NCBI GenBank assembly: GCA_013239625.1
Contig: MU053873.1
Coordinates: forward strand, 2,804,524 to 2,868,523
Source: Lama guanicoe
Lineage: Eukaryota
Direction: 5' to 3'
Length of the DNA: 64,000 nt
The translations under genes and the position numbers were made by a program. Below the pieces are notes generated by a model. That model saw nothing but the letters and a program-made list of their open reading frames with translations. It was not told the DNA's origin and ran no database searches. Below are positions 35,594 to 46,318 of this stretch, in pieces. Numbering within the stretch: the first letter of the stretch is position 1; every line of letters starts with the position of its first letter.

Positions 35594-37780
35594 TGGGAAA
35601 TGTGGGGAAGGGCAGGTAATCCAAAGTGAGGACCAACGTGAGTGCCCAGGAAGGAGGTGGAAAGTCAGTCACTTCTGCGTGTTGCCTCCTGCCACCTAAT
35701 GCTACAATCGGCTCGCGCATTTTCACTGCCATCTGTCAGCAGCCCTGAAACTACGGCCTTCCTCTGTCCTGTTCCCTGTGTTTACATCTGGTTAGCAAGA
35801 TCCGGTGGGGCATGTCCGTGTTGTGGGGAGGTGCTGGCTGCAGCGGGGCATGACGGTCCGTGAAAACAGCGTTTTGTGCTTAACCTTCACTTCTCCTATT
35901 TACATTTTAAAACATGTAAGGAGCATTTCCCATCCACCCACAACTTGACATAGTATTATCTTACTCAAACCTCCCTTTAAGCCTGTGAGAGGAGGCACGA
36001 GGCCCGCTTTGTAGAGGAAGCTCACAGAGTGGACTTGGGCATTTAGTAGCAGCAAACAGAAACCACGAGTCAAACTCGACTTAATCAAAAGGGAGTTTCT
36101 TGGCTCCTGCAACTGGAAAGTCCAGAGGCAGGGCCGGTTCCAGGCAAAGCTGTATTTAGGACTCGGATGCTCTCCACAGGGTGGGACCTGCTTTCCTCTG
36201 TGGGTTTCCCCCTCAGACTTTCTTCACACTGGATCCCCCACTCCCAACCCCATGGAAAGCTGCCTTGCTTTCTCAATGGTCCCAGGAAAGAACCGGGACC
36301 ACACGTGACCAGCCCTGACCCCATCTCTGAGTACCCAGGAGTTCAGAAGGCTCTGACCGGTCAGGCGCCCTGCCCTGCAGCCGAGGTTGGGTCAGTCCTG
36401 GAAACACAAGGACTAAGAAGGGGAACGTTACGGTCTTGCAAGAGACTCATCAAAGCACTGCTGGAGGAATGTTAAAAACAGTGTCCGTCCCCTAGAGACC
36501 AGCGTCACACAGGGTGCAGTGCAGCCTCTACCCTCCAGCTGGCTGGTCTCAAAAGCCTTGCCGTTCTTGCTACCCAGAGCAGCGACCCTCAGCCCCAGCT
36601 ACACATCAGAGTCAGGCCAGGAAATGAGTTGAAATAAATACCAAGACCAGGGCAAAGAAACGAGATGCTTTGGGGGCAGAGCGTGGCATCAGTATTTCTC
36701 CAAAGCTCTCCGGGTGACTGTGCCGTGCAGCCAAAGTCCGGCACCAGCGAATGAGGACGACCCCCCCCTCCCCCGGCACACGCTGTAGGGTGATCGAGGC
36801 TACAAGTGCGGCCACGGTCACGAAAGGAGGGCTCCGAACCCAGGCAATCTTGGTGACTGCGGGGGACGATGAGCGGGTGCCTGGGAGACTGGGGATGTGA
36901 CCCTGTCAAACCAAGTAACCGGTCTGGCCTTGCAGCTGAGGCAGGCTACCTCCGGATGGAGGGCAGGGCTTCCCACGTGGAGCTGGGCGGCCGTGCTGGC
37001 TCCCCCCTCACCGTGAGCATCCCTGGCCGCAACGTGTGAATCACTTTAGCAGCTGCCCGGCTGGCAGCACACACTTCAGGGGAGTGAGAAACGCGCCGCC
37101 CCGGGCGAGCGCCCTTCCCTTCTGCTTGCTGCAGCAAGTGGGCTGGCTGCGAACACGCCCGGCGGCCAGGCTGCTCCAGGCCACCAGAGTCCCCTGCCCT
37201 TCTTCTAGGACAAGGGGGAAAATTCAAAACCTAGCTATTGAGGGCCCTGCTTCCCCCGCTGAACTTAGACACAGACACTGGAAAGAAGCCACAGCTCCCC
37301 TGGCCACCAGTACCACTGACCGTGTTCATCCGTCTCTTCCTCACCCGTCCTTCCTCCTCACCCATTTCTCTACAACTGCTCAGAACCCCTGCTACATCAC
37401 AAAGGCTTCATGTGTCAGGCACTGCCTCCACAGAGGAGGAGACCGAGGCTCCCAGAGGCCCCGAGACTTGCTCAAGGTCACATGGGGGCGACTTCCTGGC
37501 ACTGAGTCCTGATGCACAGTCCTTGCTCTTTGCCCAGAGTGACACCTGCAGTTCCCGAACACGCCATGGATCTGCTCCTTTCCCCCACCTCACGCCCACT
37601 ACTCAGCATGCCACCTTGCTTCACTGACTGTCCGTGATCACCGTCAGGGGCCCGCCTGTCTCTGCCACATGATCCAGAAACCAAGAGCCTCAAAGTCACA
37701 CGAGTGCCCCGCTCAGACCTTCTGCCCAGGTCACGCCTCCTCTCCAACAGATCACTTTACTCTGGTTTTCAGCAAGATCT

Positions 37781-37786
37781 TTTATT
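37781..37786 (-). terminator. ASPHD2: Candidate ASPHD2 polyadenylation signal AATAAA
   Basis: tttatt on the + strand about 1.6 kb past the stop, at the end of an AT-richer UTR-like tract. Confidence 0.55.
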
Positions 37787-39379
37787 TATCTCCTGTTCCC
37801 CAACCACGTCGCACGCGCACAGGCAGCCAGGTGCCTGTGCGGGCTGTTGGTTTTGTAAACGCAGAGCAGTCAGTACGTAGAGAAATCATGCACCTCAGTG
37901 ATTCTTTGACAAGAAACTTAATGAGTAAAAAGACTTCGGGTGTGTTCGAAATGTCTGCCCTTTCCTGCATTCTGATCACTGAAAAATATCTGTGTAGAAA
38001 TTTTACTCAAATGCAGACACGTTTTCTTTGCACACTTTCTAGTAACTCCCTGGTGCGTCTCAGACCGTGTTCACTTCTGACGGTTGTTCCTCCCAGAAGC
38101 TGCTGGTTTCTGTCCGGAGAGAAACACTGGATCTGGACCTGTGATAAGTGTGTTCCAGACCGTTCCACGGCTTTATAAACCTGACTGCCATAACACGTTA
38201 TTCAAAAAAGGCATCTCTAAATACGGCTCGAGGTGACTCTTTCATACACCGGCTCCCAAGGGGCCATTTCTAGACTTATCGTCTCAAACTGGCCATGTCC
38301 TTCCCAGGAAACCAAAAAACCAGTGCCACGACCGTGGGTCCTTCGGGCTGGTAGGTCCCCGCCGTGTCCTCACACACACACACTGGCGTAGGTGGCCCTC
38401 ACTGGGCCCACACCCTCGTGCGGTGACAGAGACACAGGGCCAACTCTTCCACGATCTCTGAGCCCAGCGCTGGAACATTTATGTACAGACGAATAAATGG
38501 AAAATCATAGAAACAGAACTCCAAAGCAAAACAGACACTTTGGTCGGGTCTATGATTCCAGTTTTGCCAGAGAAAGGCTTTCCCGGAACATCACTGGGTG
38601 GGTGAGGTCTCACCCAACCGCGGCTCATCGCCGGGGACCCAGAACAGCTCAGGCGGGGGTCTTCCAGGCCCGCTTTGGCAGTGGGGCTTCTGTAGGCAGT
38701 GAGGTAACAAGTCACACATTCTACGGCTGGTCCGACGGAGCCCCAGCCCCAGCCCGGTCGGAAGCGACGTTTACACAAAAGCCTCCAGTCCCACAAGCCC
38801 GATGCGCTTTGCCACCAGGGACCTGGCGGGGTGTGGGGTGAGGTCAGCGATGGTGAGTCTGCCCTGCCCCGACCGGGCCGCCCCGCCAGTGAAGCTGGCC
38901 AGGGACGGTGGCCACAGCCGACCCCGGGTGACTGGCGGCAGCAGAGGCTGAGTTCTCCAGCCTCTCCGGTTTGCAGTTTTTTTGTTTTGTTTTTGTTTTA
39001 AGACGACCACGAGAAGTTGTACGCTATCACATTCAGACAGATAACCGTTTGGCGACTCTACTTCGGAGTGCTGACAAAACCAGGTAGCAGCATGACACGG
39101 ACAACAGGGACACTGCGCCTCCGGCCACAGAGCAGAGTAATGCGCCACTAGGCAGAAAGGAACCGCAGAGCAAATGACTGGGAGGAAAAGAATCTAAGGA
39201 AATACAAGCTGGAAATTTCCCGTTTTCAATAATCAAAGGGAAGAGGGACCCAACATGAAAAAAAATTTGCAAGTAAGAGCTTCCATTGAGGCAGGTTTGT
39301 GAGGACAGAAACCACGGCGGGGGCTGGGCCGCACCCAGCCCCACGGCCCCTCTCGCCGACTCCAGCAAGGGCAGCGCTC

Positions 39380-39489
39380 TCATCGTCCCGGAGCAAAGAT
39401 GAAATCCAGGGCCTGCCGTTCGGCCGCTGCGACGTTTGGATGCCACAGGTCCACCATGAAAACCACCCGTGGGCCATCCTCCGCTGAAC
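39380..39489 (-). CDS. ASPHD2: ASPHD2 last coding exon ([36 protein letters not shown])
   Basis: cccccag|GT TCA ... CGA TGA; 110 nt; C-terminus of an Asp/Arg beta-hydroxylase domain. Confidence 0.96.
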
Positions 39490-39689
39490 CTGGGGGGAGG
39501 GTGGCGAGAGAGGAGAGGTTCAAACCACCCGGGGCCAGCACCCACGCAGAGCGGCACCCGCACGGCCGGCTCTCAGGAGGGGACCCGGCCTGTCCCTTAG
39601 CACAGATCGCAAGACAACCACCTCCTGATCTCATAATCAGCAGTGTTAACAGAAGGCTCCAGAAGGTTCTGAGCAGAATGCAGGAGAGG

Positions 39690-39962
39690 AAGTGGGCAGA
39701 GGGAAGGAGGGGAGAAAGAGCGGTGGGTGGAGCGCAGACGGTTTTTAGGGCAGTGAAGCTACTCCGTAAGATCCTGCCACGGTGGACGCAGTTGATAACA
39801 ACGTGTCAAAACTGGCCCATCAGTCATAGCAGAGGTACCACACGGATGGAATGCAAGATGTCAATGAAAGTGGAAACTGTATGGGGGGGGTCATGTGAAG
39901 GGGCAGACTCTGTACTTTCTGCTCAGTTTTTCTGGCAACCAGAAACTGCTCTAAAAATAAGG
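39690..39962 (+). mobile_element. Old LINE-1 3' UTR fragment in the last ASPHD2 intron
   Basis: gtttttagggcagtgaagctact ... ctctgtactttctgctcagtttttctggcaaccagaaactgctctaaaaataa. Confidence 0.7.
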
Positions 39963-40011
39963 TTTCTGATTTTGTTTTCTAAAGGTGGCATCAGGAACAG
40001 CGGACACCCAC

Positions 40012-40125
40012 CTTCGTGGAACGCGGTGTGCAGGAAAGAGTCATCGAAGAGGAGGCAGCGGCCCTCTGCCCAGCACTGGGGCTCCCCGCCCACCACCAGC
40101 TCACAGCCACTTGGAGTCTTCAGAC
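40012..40125 (-). CDS. ASPHD2: ASPHD2 coding exon 2 ([38 protein letters not shown])
   Basis: ccaaag|GT ... GAA G|gtgggt; 114 nt; FDDSFLH motif. Confidence 0.96.
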
Positions 40126-41851
40126 CTTTGGAGGGGGGGGGAGAGGCAGAGGAAAGAGAATGAAGGAGGGCAGAGCAGGGACGCGGGAAGTCGGGTGGCT
40201 GGCTTTGGAGAGAGCTCCCAGCTTCCGAAGCACCGCCTCCCGCCTCGCCCCTCGGGAGCCCTGTTTGGGGGTGAGTTGGACAGGACAGACACAGACTGTA
40301 CCCCTGGGTCCTCACTGTGCTCCCTGGAAAAACCCATCCCTCCACGGGCCTGATCTGCTCTGGGCCACGGATTCCGCTGGTTAGAGCGCGGACTGGGGCT
40401 TGCACCACACCTCTGAGTCTCCTGAAGCCCAACCATGGGGCCCTCAGAAATTGAGGGAGGCCGGGTTCAGAGCCCCGCCTGGCCCAACAGGCAGGGGCTA
40501 CCTCCACTGAGATTAAAGATGCAAAGACTCACACGCCGCCCTCCTCTTTGGGTCCCAACCTCTAAAGCCATCGTGAGACCCAAGGATGGCACCTTCTCAG
40601 CCTAAGTTCCCCCAGCCTCGTTCTGGGGGAGTAGAAGACTCCCCTGAGGAAATGCTGGCGCTCCGAGAGGAAACAGACTGCCCCCTTCGCAAGAAGCCGT
40701 ACGTTCAAAATGCAAGTGGGGGTCCGATGCTCAGGTGCACAACCCTGGAAAGGGGGTCTGGCTGAAGTGCTGCTGTGTGTGCATTTCACACTCCCATCTC
40801 CAACCCAAGGGAGGGTCTGAAGGAACGTGTGGCCCCGGCACTACATGGTCGTCCTAAATGAAGGCACCAGCGCAGCCATCTAACCGACTCAGAAGAGGTT
40901 GGGGTGGCCCGACAGAAACCTCTCCAAAAGGCCTGACCCGGGAGGCAGCAGGGCCCCAGGAGAGGGGCTGGGGTAGCAGTGTTCTCATCTGTCCTCAGTG
41001 ACTCCCCCGACAACTGACCCTGGGCCAGTCGGCACCCCTGTCTGATTTCATGTCCCTCACGACACACAACACAGCCTTCTCTCTAACAGCCAGAGTATTT
41101 AATACACCCTCTCAACCAGAAATGGATGGTTCCAGGGAGCATGTATGGAGTAAGAATTCAAACAGAGGCCACATGGCAGGATAGAGGACTTGGGGTCAGA
41201 AGACTGACTCTGACCCTTATGTGCTGGGTGACTTTGAGCAAGTCACTCAACCTCTCTGAGCCATAGCCTGCTCGTCTGTAAAGAGGGGACAGTGGCATGC
41301 TTGCCTTCCAAGGCTGCATGACCACCATCCTGGCTACAATAACTGAAGACTCACTGTGAGCAGGTTTGAGTTAAATAAACATTTTACAGACATCACTTCA
41401 CACACTTTTCCAGATGGAGCAACTGAGCTTTAGAGAAGTTAACTGACCTGCTGGAAGTCACTACTTAGTTCTGCAGGAACTGAGATTTGAACCTGAATCT
41501 GGCTCCAAAGAACAGGCTCTTCTAACCGTTCACTGGCCCGGATGGAGAGCGCCCACGGCCACATCTTTTCATGTGTGCTTTCACTGGTTGGTTTGGGTGG
41601 AGAAGGCCTGCAGGGACAGTCACTCAGGGTTTAGAAAGAAGCTCCCCTTTCTCTGGGCCACGAAATGATTCACTGCCACGTGCCACGGTACAAGAGAAAA
41701 ATGGCCTGGCTCGCTGGCTTCACAGCCCCCTGCTGCCTCTCCTCCGCCTCCCCTGCACTCTGCTCCAGCCTTCCGGAGGCCCACCCTCCCTGCCTGTTGC
41801 CTGTTGCAAACCAGCTTAGTGGGCAGAAACGGTCAATGCTCCTCCAAATGC

Positions 41852-41944
41852 GGGGTAGGGGGTATAGCTCAGTGGTACAGTGTGTGCTTGGCATGCACGA
41901 GGTCCTGAGTTCTATCCCCAGTACCTCCATTTAAAAAAAAAAAA
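41852..41944 (+). mobile_element. Short tRNA-derived SINE (camelid-type) with A-tail
   Basis: ggggtatagctcagtggtacagtgtgtgcttggcatgcacgaggtcctgagttctatccccagtacctccatttaaaaaaaaaaaa. Confidence 0.85.
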
Positions 41945-42980
41945 GCCCCCCCTAATAAAGCATTCTGGTGGCCCTTGGGAACAGGCCCCATGCACGGCCT
42001 TGGCCAGTCCTATATCCACAGGCTCCTCTGGCTTAGGGCTTGCAGCTTTGTCCCCACCACCCACTGCAGGAGGCGCAGGTTGGGTGCGGAGGGGGCTCTG
42101 CCCACCGGCAGCCCCACCTCAGGAGGCTGGCAGCTGGTACTCGGGGTTGGCAAGGCAGACACAAGCTGAACCACGCATTTCACTCACCAGACAGCAGAGA
42201 AATCCAACAATATACTCACGAAAGGGAAATCAGTCTAATTTGCTTATTTCATGAGAATTGGAGCACATGCACCTTCATCCATCCTTTCCTGAGGGTCGGC
42301 CACTTGGACAGGTACCTGCCTCCCCGGTAACACCTGCCTAGGTAGTTTCAGAGGTTGTTCCCTGGAGGCTTGTGGCAGTGGCTCGGGACATTCTGGCCAT
42401 ACATGATGCTGAGTGACAGCTGGCCCACAACTGTCACGTGGTCCTGTGGGGAGGGGAGGCTGAGTGACGCTGTCCCTAGAGGAAGCTCAGAGCAGACCTC
42501 TGCCAGCGTGCGCCACACGGAGAGGATGCAGCCGTGAGGAGGGACAGCGCCCCCAGTCTCCACGCAGACAGAGGCAGGAAAGGAGGCCTGGGTTGACACG
42601 TCAAGGGCACAGTTCTGGAACCGCAGGTGCCTCCTGCGGCAGCCAGGTAACTGGCAGAGGTGTGGTCTCTGGCACGTACCAGGCCTGCCCACTCTGACCT
42701 CATTCTCTGGGCACGCCCTCTGTCAACACACAGGGTCACGGGAGTCTCACACCCCTCTGTCTCCTTCCTGGGTGGATCCGGACATGGACACCACGGAGCG
42801 AACCCAACCTTGGCGCTCGCCCCAGCCTCGGGGAACAGCCCCACACCAGAGGGATGCCTTCCAACGCCGCCTGCTGTCCAGGGTGACACGGCTGACCCAG
42901 TTTCCCTGGTGAGGAGGAACTCGCTGGGCCAGGAGGGGAATGACAGGTCATAAAGAGGCCCACGTAGGCATGTTTTACAT

Positions 42981-43014
42981 ACACACACACACACACACAC
43001 ACACACGCGCGCGC
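42981..43014. repeat. (CA)n(CG)n microsatellite
   Basis: acacacac...gcgcgc. Confidence 0.95.
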
Positions 43015-44802
43015 ATGTACGCCGCACAGACACACCACAGGCATGAACACCCAGGAGGCAGATCCACCAGCACATCCTACTCAACACACCTGCCTGGAAT
43101 TCGACCACATCAACCTCACATGCCCTTCCCCACCTGTCATTCTGAAGCTTTTTAAAAACGCACAAGGAAAACCTTTGAAAGAACAGCACTGCTCTCCGCT
43201 GCCCACAGCCTCAATTCTTCTCAGCCTGGCAGCGGGGCCTCTGCAGTCTGCTCCCACCCACCTGCCCAGGCTCAGCCCCCACCAGCAGGCTCCCTGGCGA
43301 GCCCAGACCTGGCACCCCCACCCCACCCTGGCGGTCCCAGGGAGCCCTCAGGGGCAGACCCATCTCCCCAGAGTGCCCACCTGCAGCCCCTGCATCCTCG
43401 GAGCTAGCATACGCCCTGGTGCCTCGCACAGAGATTTTACTGATCGTGATCACCACTTAGACAATCATCTCATCTCTTAGATTAACCACAGCCCCTTTAA
43501 CTGGCTGCCCCTCACCTGCCCAGTACTTTACACACACTGCATACTTCTAATTGTCCAAACAGCCCCCCCGGTAGGTATTACTCCCACTTTAGGGAGGAGA
43601 AGACTGAGGCGCAGAGTTTCAGGTCCTGCCCAAGGTCCCTCGGCAGGTGGGGCTAAGCTGGGACCCGACTCCAGGTGCCTCCCAGGTCCGCTACTTTCCC
43701 TGTGATTCCCGAGGGCAGAGACTATGTCTTAGTTTTCACACTGCCCAGCACAGCATTTGACCATAAAAGCTCCTCGAATACCATTTCCCGAGAGCTGTCA
43801 GAGGCCAGGCACCGTGTCAAGCTGCCATGGAAGATACTATTTTATTTACACCTCTCAACGTTCCTGTAAGTGCAGTCTCCCCATTTTACAGACACAGTTA
43901 CTGCCCAGACTCTCACAGCTGACCACGAAGCCAGGCTCCTTCCTCCAGAGCCCCTCCCCTGTCCTGCTTTTACTCTTAAAATACTCAAGTGTCAATTGCT
44001 CAAATCTAGTAGTTCTTTTTTTTTTTTTTAAAGCACTGAAGCCTGGTGTCCAAGCCACATCTTATTCAGAATCCCCAAAGAAAGCGAGTGGGAGGAGCAG
44101 AGGGGCTAGAGGGCCGGGGTGGCGGGTTCAGGTCCCCTACAGAGCGTGGTTATGAACCCCTGCTCCTGCCTACACTGGGGCTCCCCGTGTCCTCTCCCTC
44201 CGTTCCCAAGCTGGCGCGGCCACGTTGCAAACTTCCAAAGCTGGACCTTGCCGAGGCTCTCGGCAGCTGCTCTAGCCTGGGATGCTAACCAGTGGTGCCG
44301 TTGCCCTGGTAACCAGCATGTTATCACGACTCACCAGGAAGGAGGCATTTGAGGGAACTAATATCCCTCTTCACCAAGTCGTTTTGCAGCCCACTTTTAT
44401 CAGCTGCTCACTCTACCAGGCTCTGTATGAACAAATGCTTTACAACACATGTTATCTTACCAGACCCACAACATAATTCTGTGAAATGATCTTTTTATCT
44501 CCACTTTCCAAATGCAACTGAGGCCCAGAGAGGTGAAGTGACTTGCCCAAAGTGACACAGCCAGCTGCTGGTGGGGCCAGGATGCAAACACAGGAGGCCT
44601 GACTCCAGACCCCTGTTCTCAAAACCACTGCGACACGCACTATACACATCACCAACTTCCTGAGAACCCAAGTAAAATCAACTCAACACCAAGCATCACT
44701 TCATCCCTGGTGATCAGAAGGCACCTGGGTATCTCCCAGCCTCCTCGACGGCACTGCAGACCTCGGTAATCATCCCAGAAGCCTTGGGCTCCAGATCTAC
44801 CC

Positions 44803-44990
44803 TGTCCGGTACAGTGGCCACTTTGCCGTATGTGAGAATTTAAATTTAGACTAAAAATCAAGCTCCTTAGTTGCACCAGCCACGTTGCGAGCACTCGGCA
44901 GCTACACGCGGCTGGTGGCTCCCGTATCGGACAGTGCGGATGGGCCCATTCCCACCACTGCAGTCAGTCAGTTCCTTTGGACAGAGCTTC
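44803..44990. mobile_element. MER3/MER33-like hAT element
   Basis: ctgtccggtacagtggccact ... gtttcctttggacag-like termini (ctgtcc / ggacag inverted ends). Confidence 0.55.
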
Positions 44991-45228
44991 TGTCACAAAT
45001 TAGGTTCATACAGATCACACGTTTCCTTTCTGTCTCAATCTCTGCTGTGCCGACGTGGTTTACGTGTGACCCATTGATTTTTGATCACAGCACAGGAAGC
45101 ACGTGAAAAGCCGCATGCTGGCTACTGAGCTGCCGTGGTGCCTGGACTCCCGTCTGGCGGGCAGGCCGTCCTGCGAACAGCACGTGCCACAAGACCCCGT
45201 CCCAGGATACCCCGTCCCTACGACCTAC

Positions 45229-46036
45229 CTAAGTGGCATCGGATGCGAATGTTGGTGGGTCCGTAGTGCTCCGTGATCACGGTGCCGGGGCTCAGCACGG
45301 AGATGCACGCGTTCCCAAAAACATTGTTCCCAATACAGGTCCGAAGGCTTCCAAGCAAGCGGTACGTCCGTGGGCACTTCCTGCAGTTCCGGGGGACGCA
45401 AACCCCCTGATTGACCAAGTAAAAGGTGATCCACTCCCCGCTGGGGGTGCTGTTCATTTTCCAGCCCTGCGGGAGGCTGCAGTTTGAGAAGGCTTTGTAG
45501 AGGGTCTCGAACTCGCACAGGATGGTCTGGAAGTTGCGCTCCAGCAGCTCCACGTCGTGCTTCTGCGCGTCGCGGGCGAAGTAGGGCGTGGTGGGGAGGT
45601 CGGGCAGGAAGAAGACCTCGGGCTTCTGGATGGAGGGCCGGCTGCTGAGGTAGCGGCCCTGCTCGCGGACGCCCTTGTGGATGCGGCCCATGCCGGCCCA
45701 GGAGTAGCGCTTGGCGTACTCCTGCAGGTTGTGGTACAGCTTCTGGTTGAGGCCGTCACTGTGGCTGCAGCGCACGCACTCGGGGGACTGGCAGTAGGCG
45801 AAGCCGTTCTGCAGCCCGCCGGCGTCCGGGCCCTGCATCAGCGCGTTGACGGCCGCGTAGGGCCGCGGCTGCTCCCTGCCCACGTGGTAACAGTACCACA
45901 CGAACAGAACCAGCAGGCAGGCCACGGTGACCACGGCCGTGGTGTCACAGTCCCGCACGGACTGGATGCCGGTGGCGATGCAGTCCCTCAGGCCGTCCAG
46001 CGACCAGCTCCAGGCCACCAGCCACTCAAGCGACAT
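45229..46036 (-). CDS. ASPHD2: ASPHD2 coding exon 1 ([19 protein letters not shown]...[15 protein letters not shown]); predicted membrane-anchored 2OG/Fe(II) dioxygenase-like protein, 343 aa in total
   Basis: ORF 45218..46036; donor TTA G|gtaggt at 45228; hydrophobic segment [17 protein letters not shown]; HxGPTN motif; 808+114+110 = 1032 nt. Confidence 0.96.
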
Positions 46037-46318
46037 TTTGGGGTGGGGGGATGGCCGATGGGGGTCTGCGGCAAGGTCAGCCAGTCAGTCCTCGGGGATC
46101 CTGGCAGCACCCTCACCGTGCAGGTTAGCGCGGGGGGCGAGGGGCGGCTGGGGCAGGGGGAGGCATGGCTGTCTCTCGGGTCCTGCCATTGACAAACGCC
46201 TGCGCCCACCACTCCGCTCCCAGTAAAAGTCACTGCGGGCAGGGCCGAAGGAGCTGCCTTGGGTCACATGAGCAAGCAGGGTTGGTCACTGTGAAATGAT
46301 TTCTCAGGCAGTCCAAAC
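46037..46318 (-). other. ASPHD2: ASPHD2 exon 2, 5' UTR portion
   Basis: Strong minus-strand acceptor gttcttttctttttcatcccag|GTTTGG at 46319/46318. Confidence 0.65.

Noticed and set aside
39399..40163. 254-aa plus-strand ORF
   Set aside because: Antisense to two ASPHD2 exons and runs through an L1 relic; no recognisable domain.
41852..41944. tRNA gene
   Set aside because: It has A/B boxes but a degenerate cloverleaf, an A-tail and several diverged copies in the window, so it is a SINE.
45557..46192. 211-aa plus-strand ORF
   Set aside because: Antisense shadow of the GC3-rich ASPHD2 exon, with no independent gene signals.
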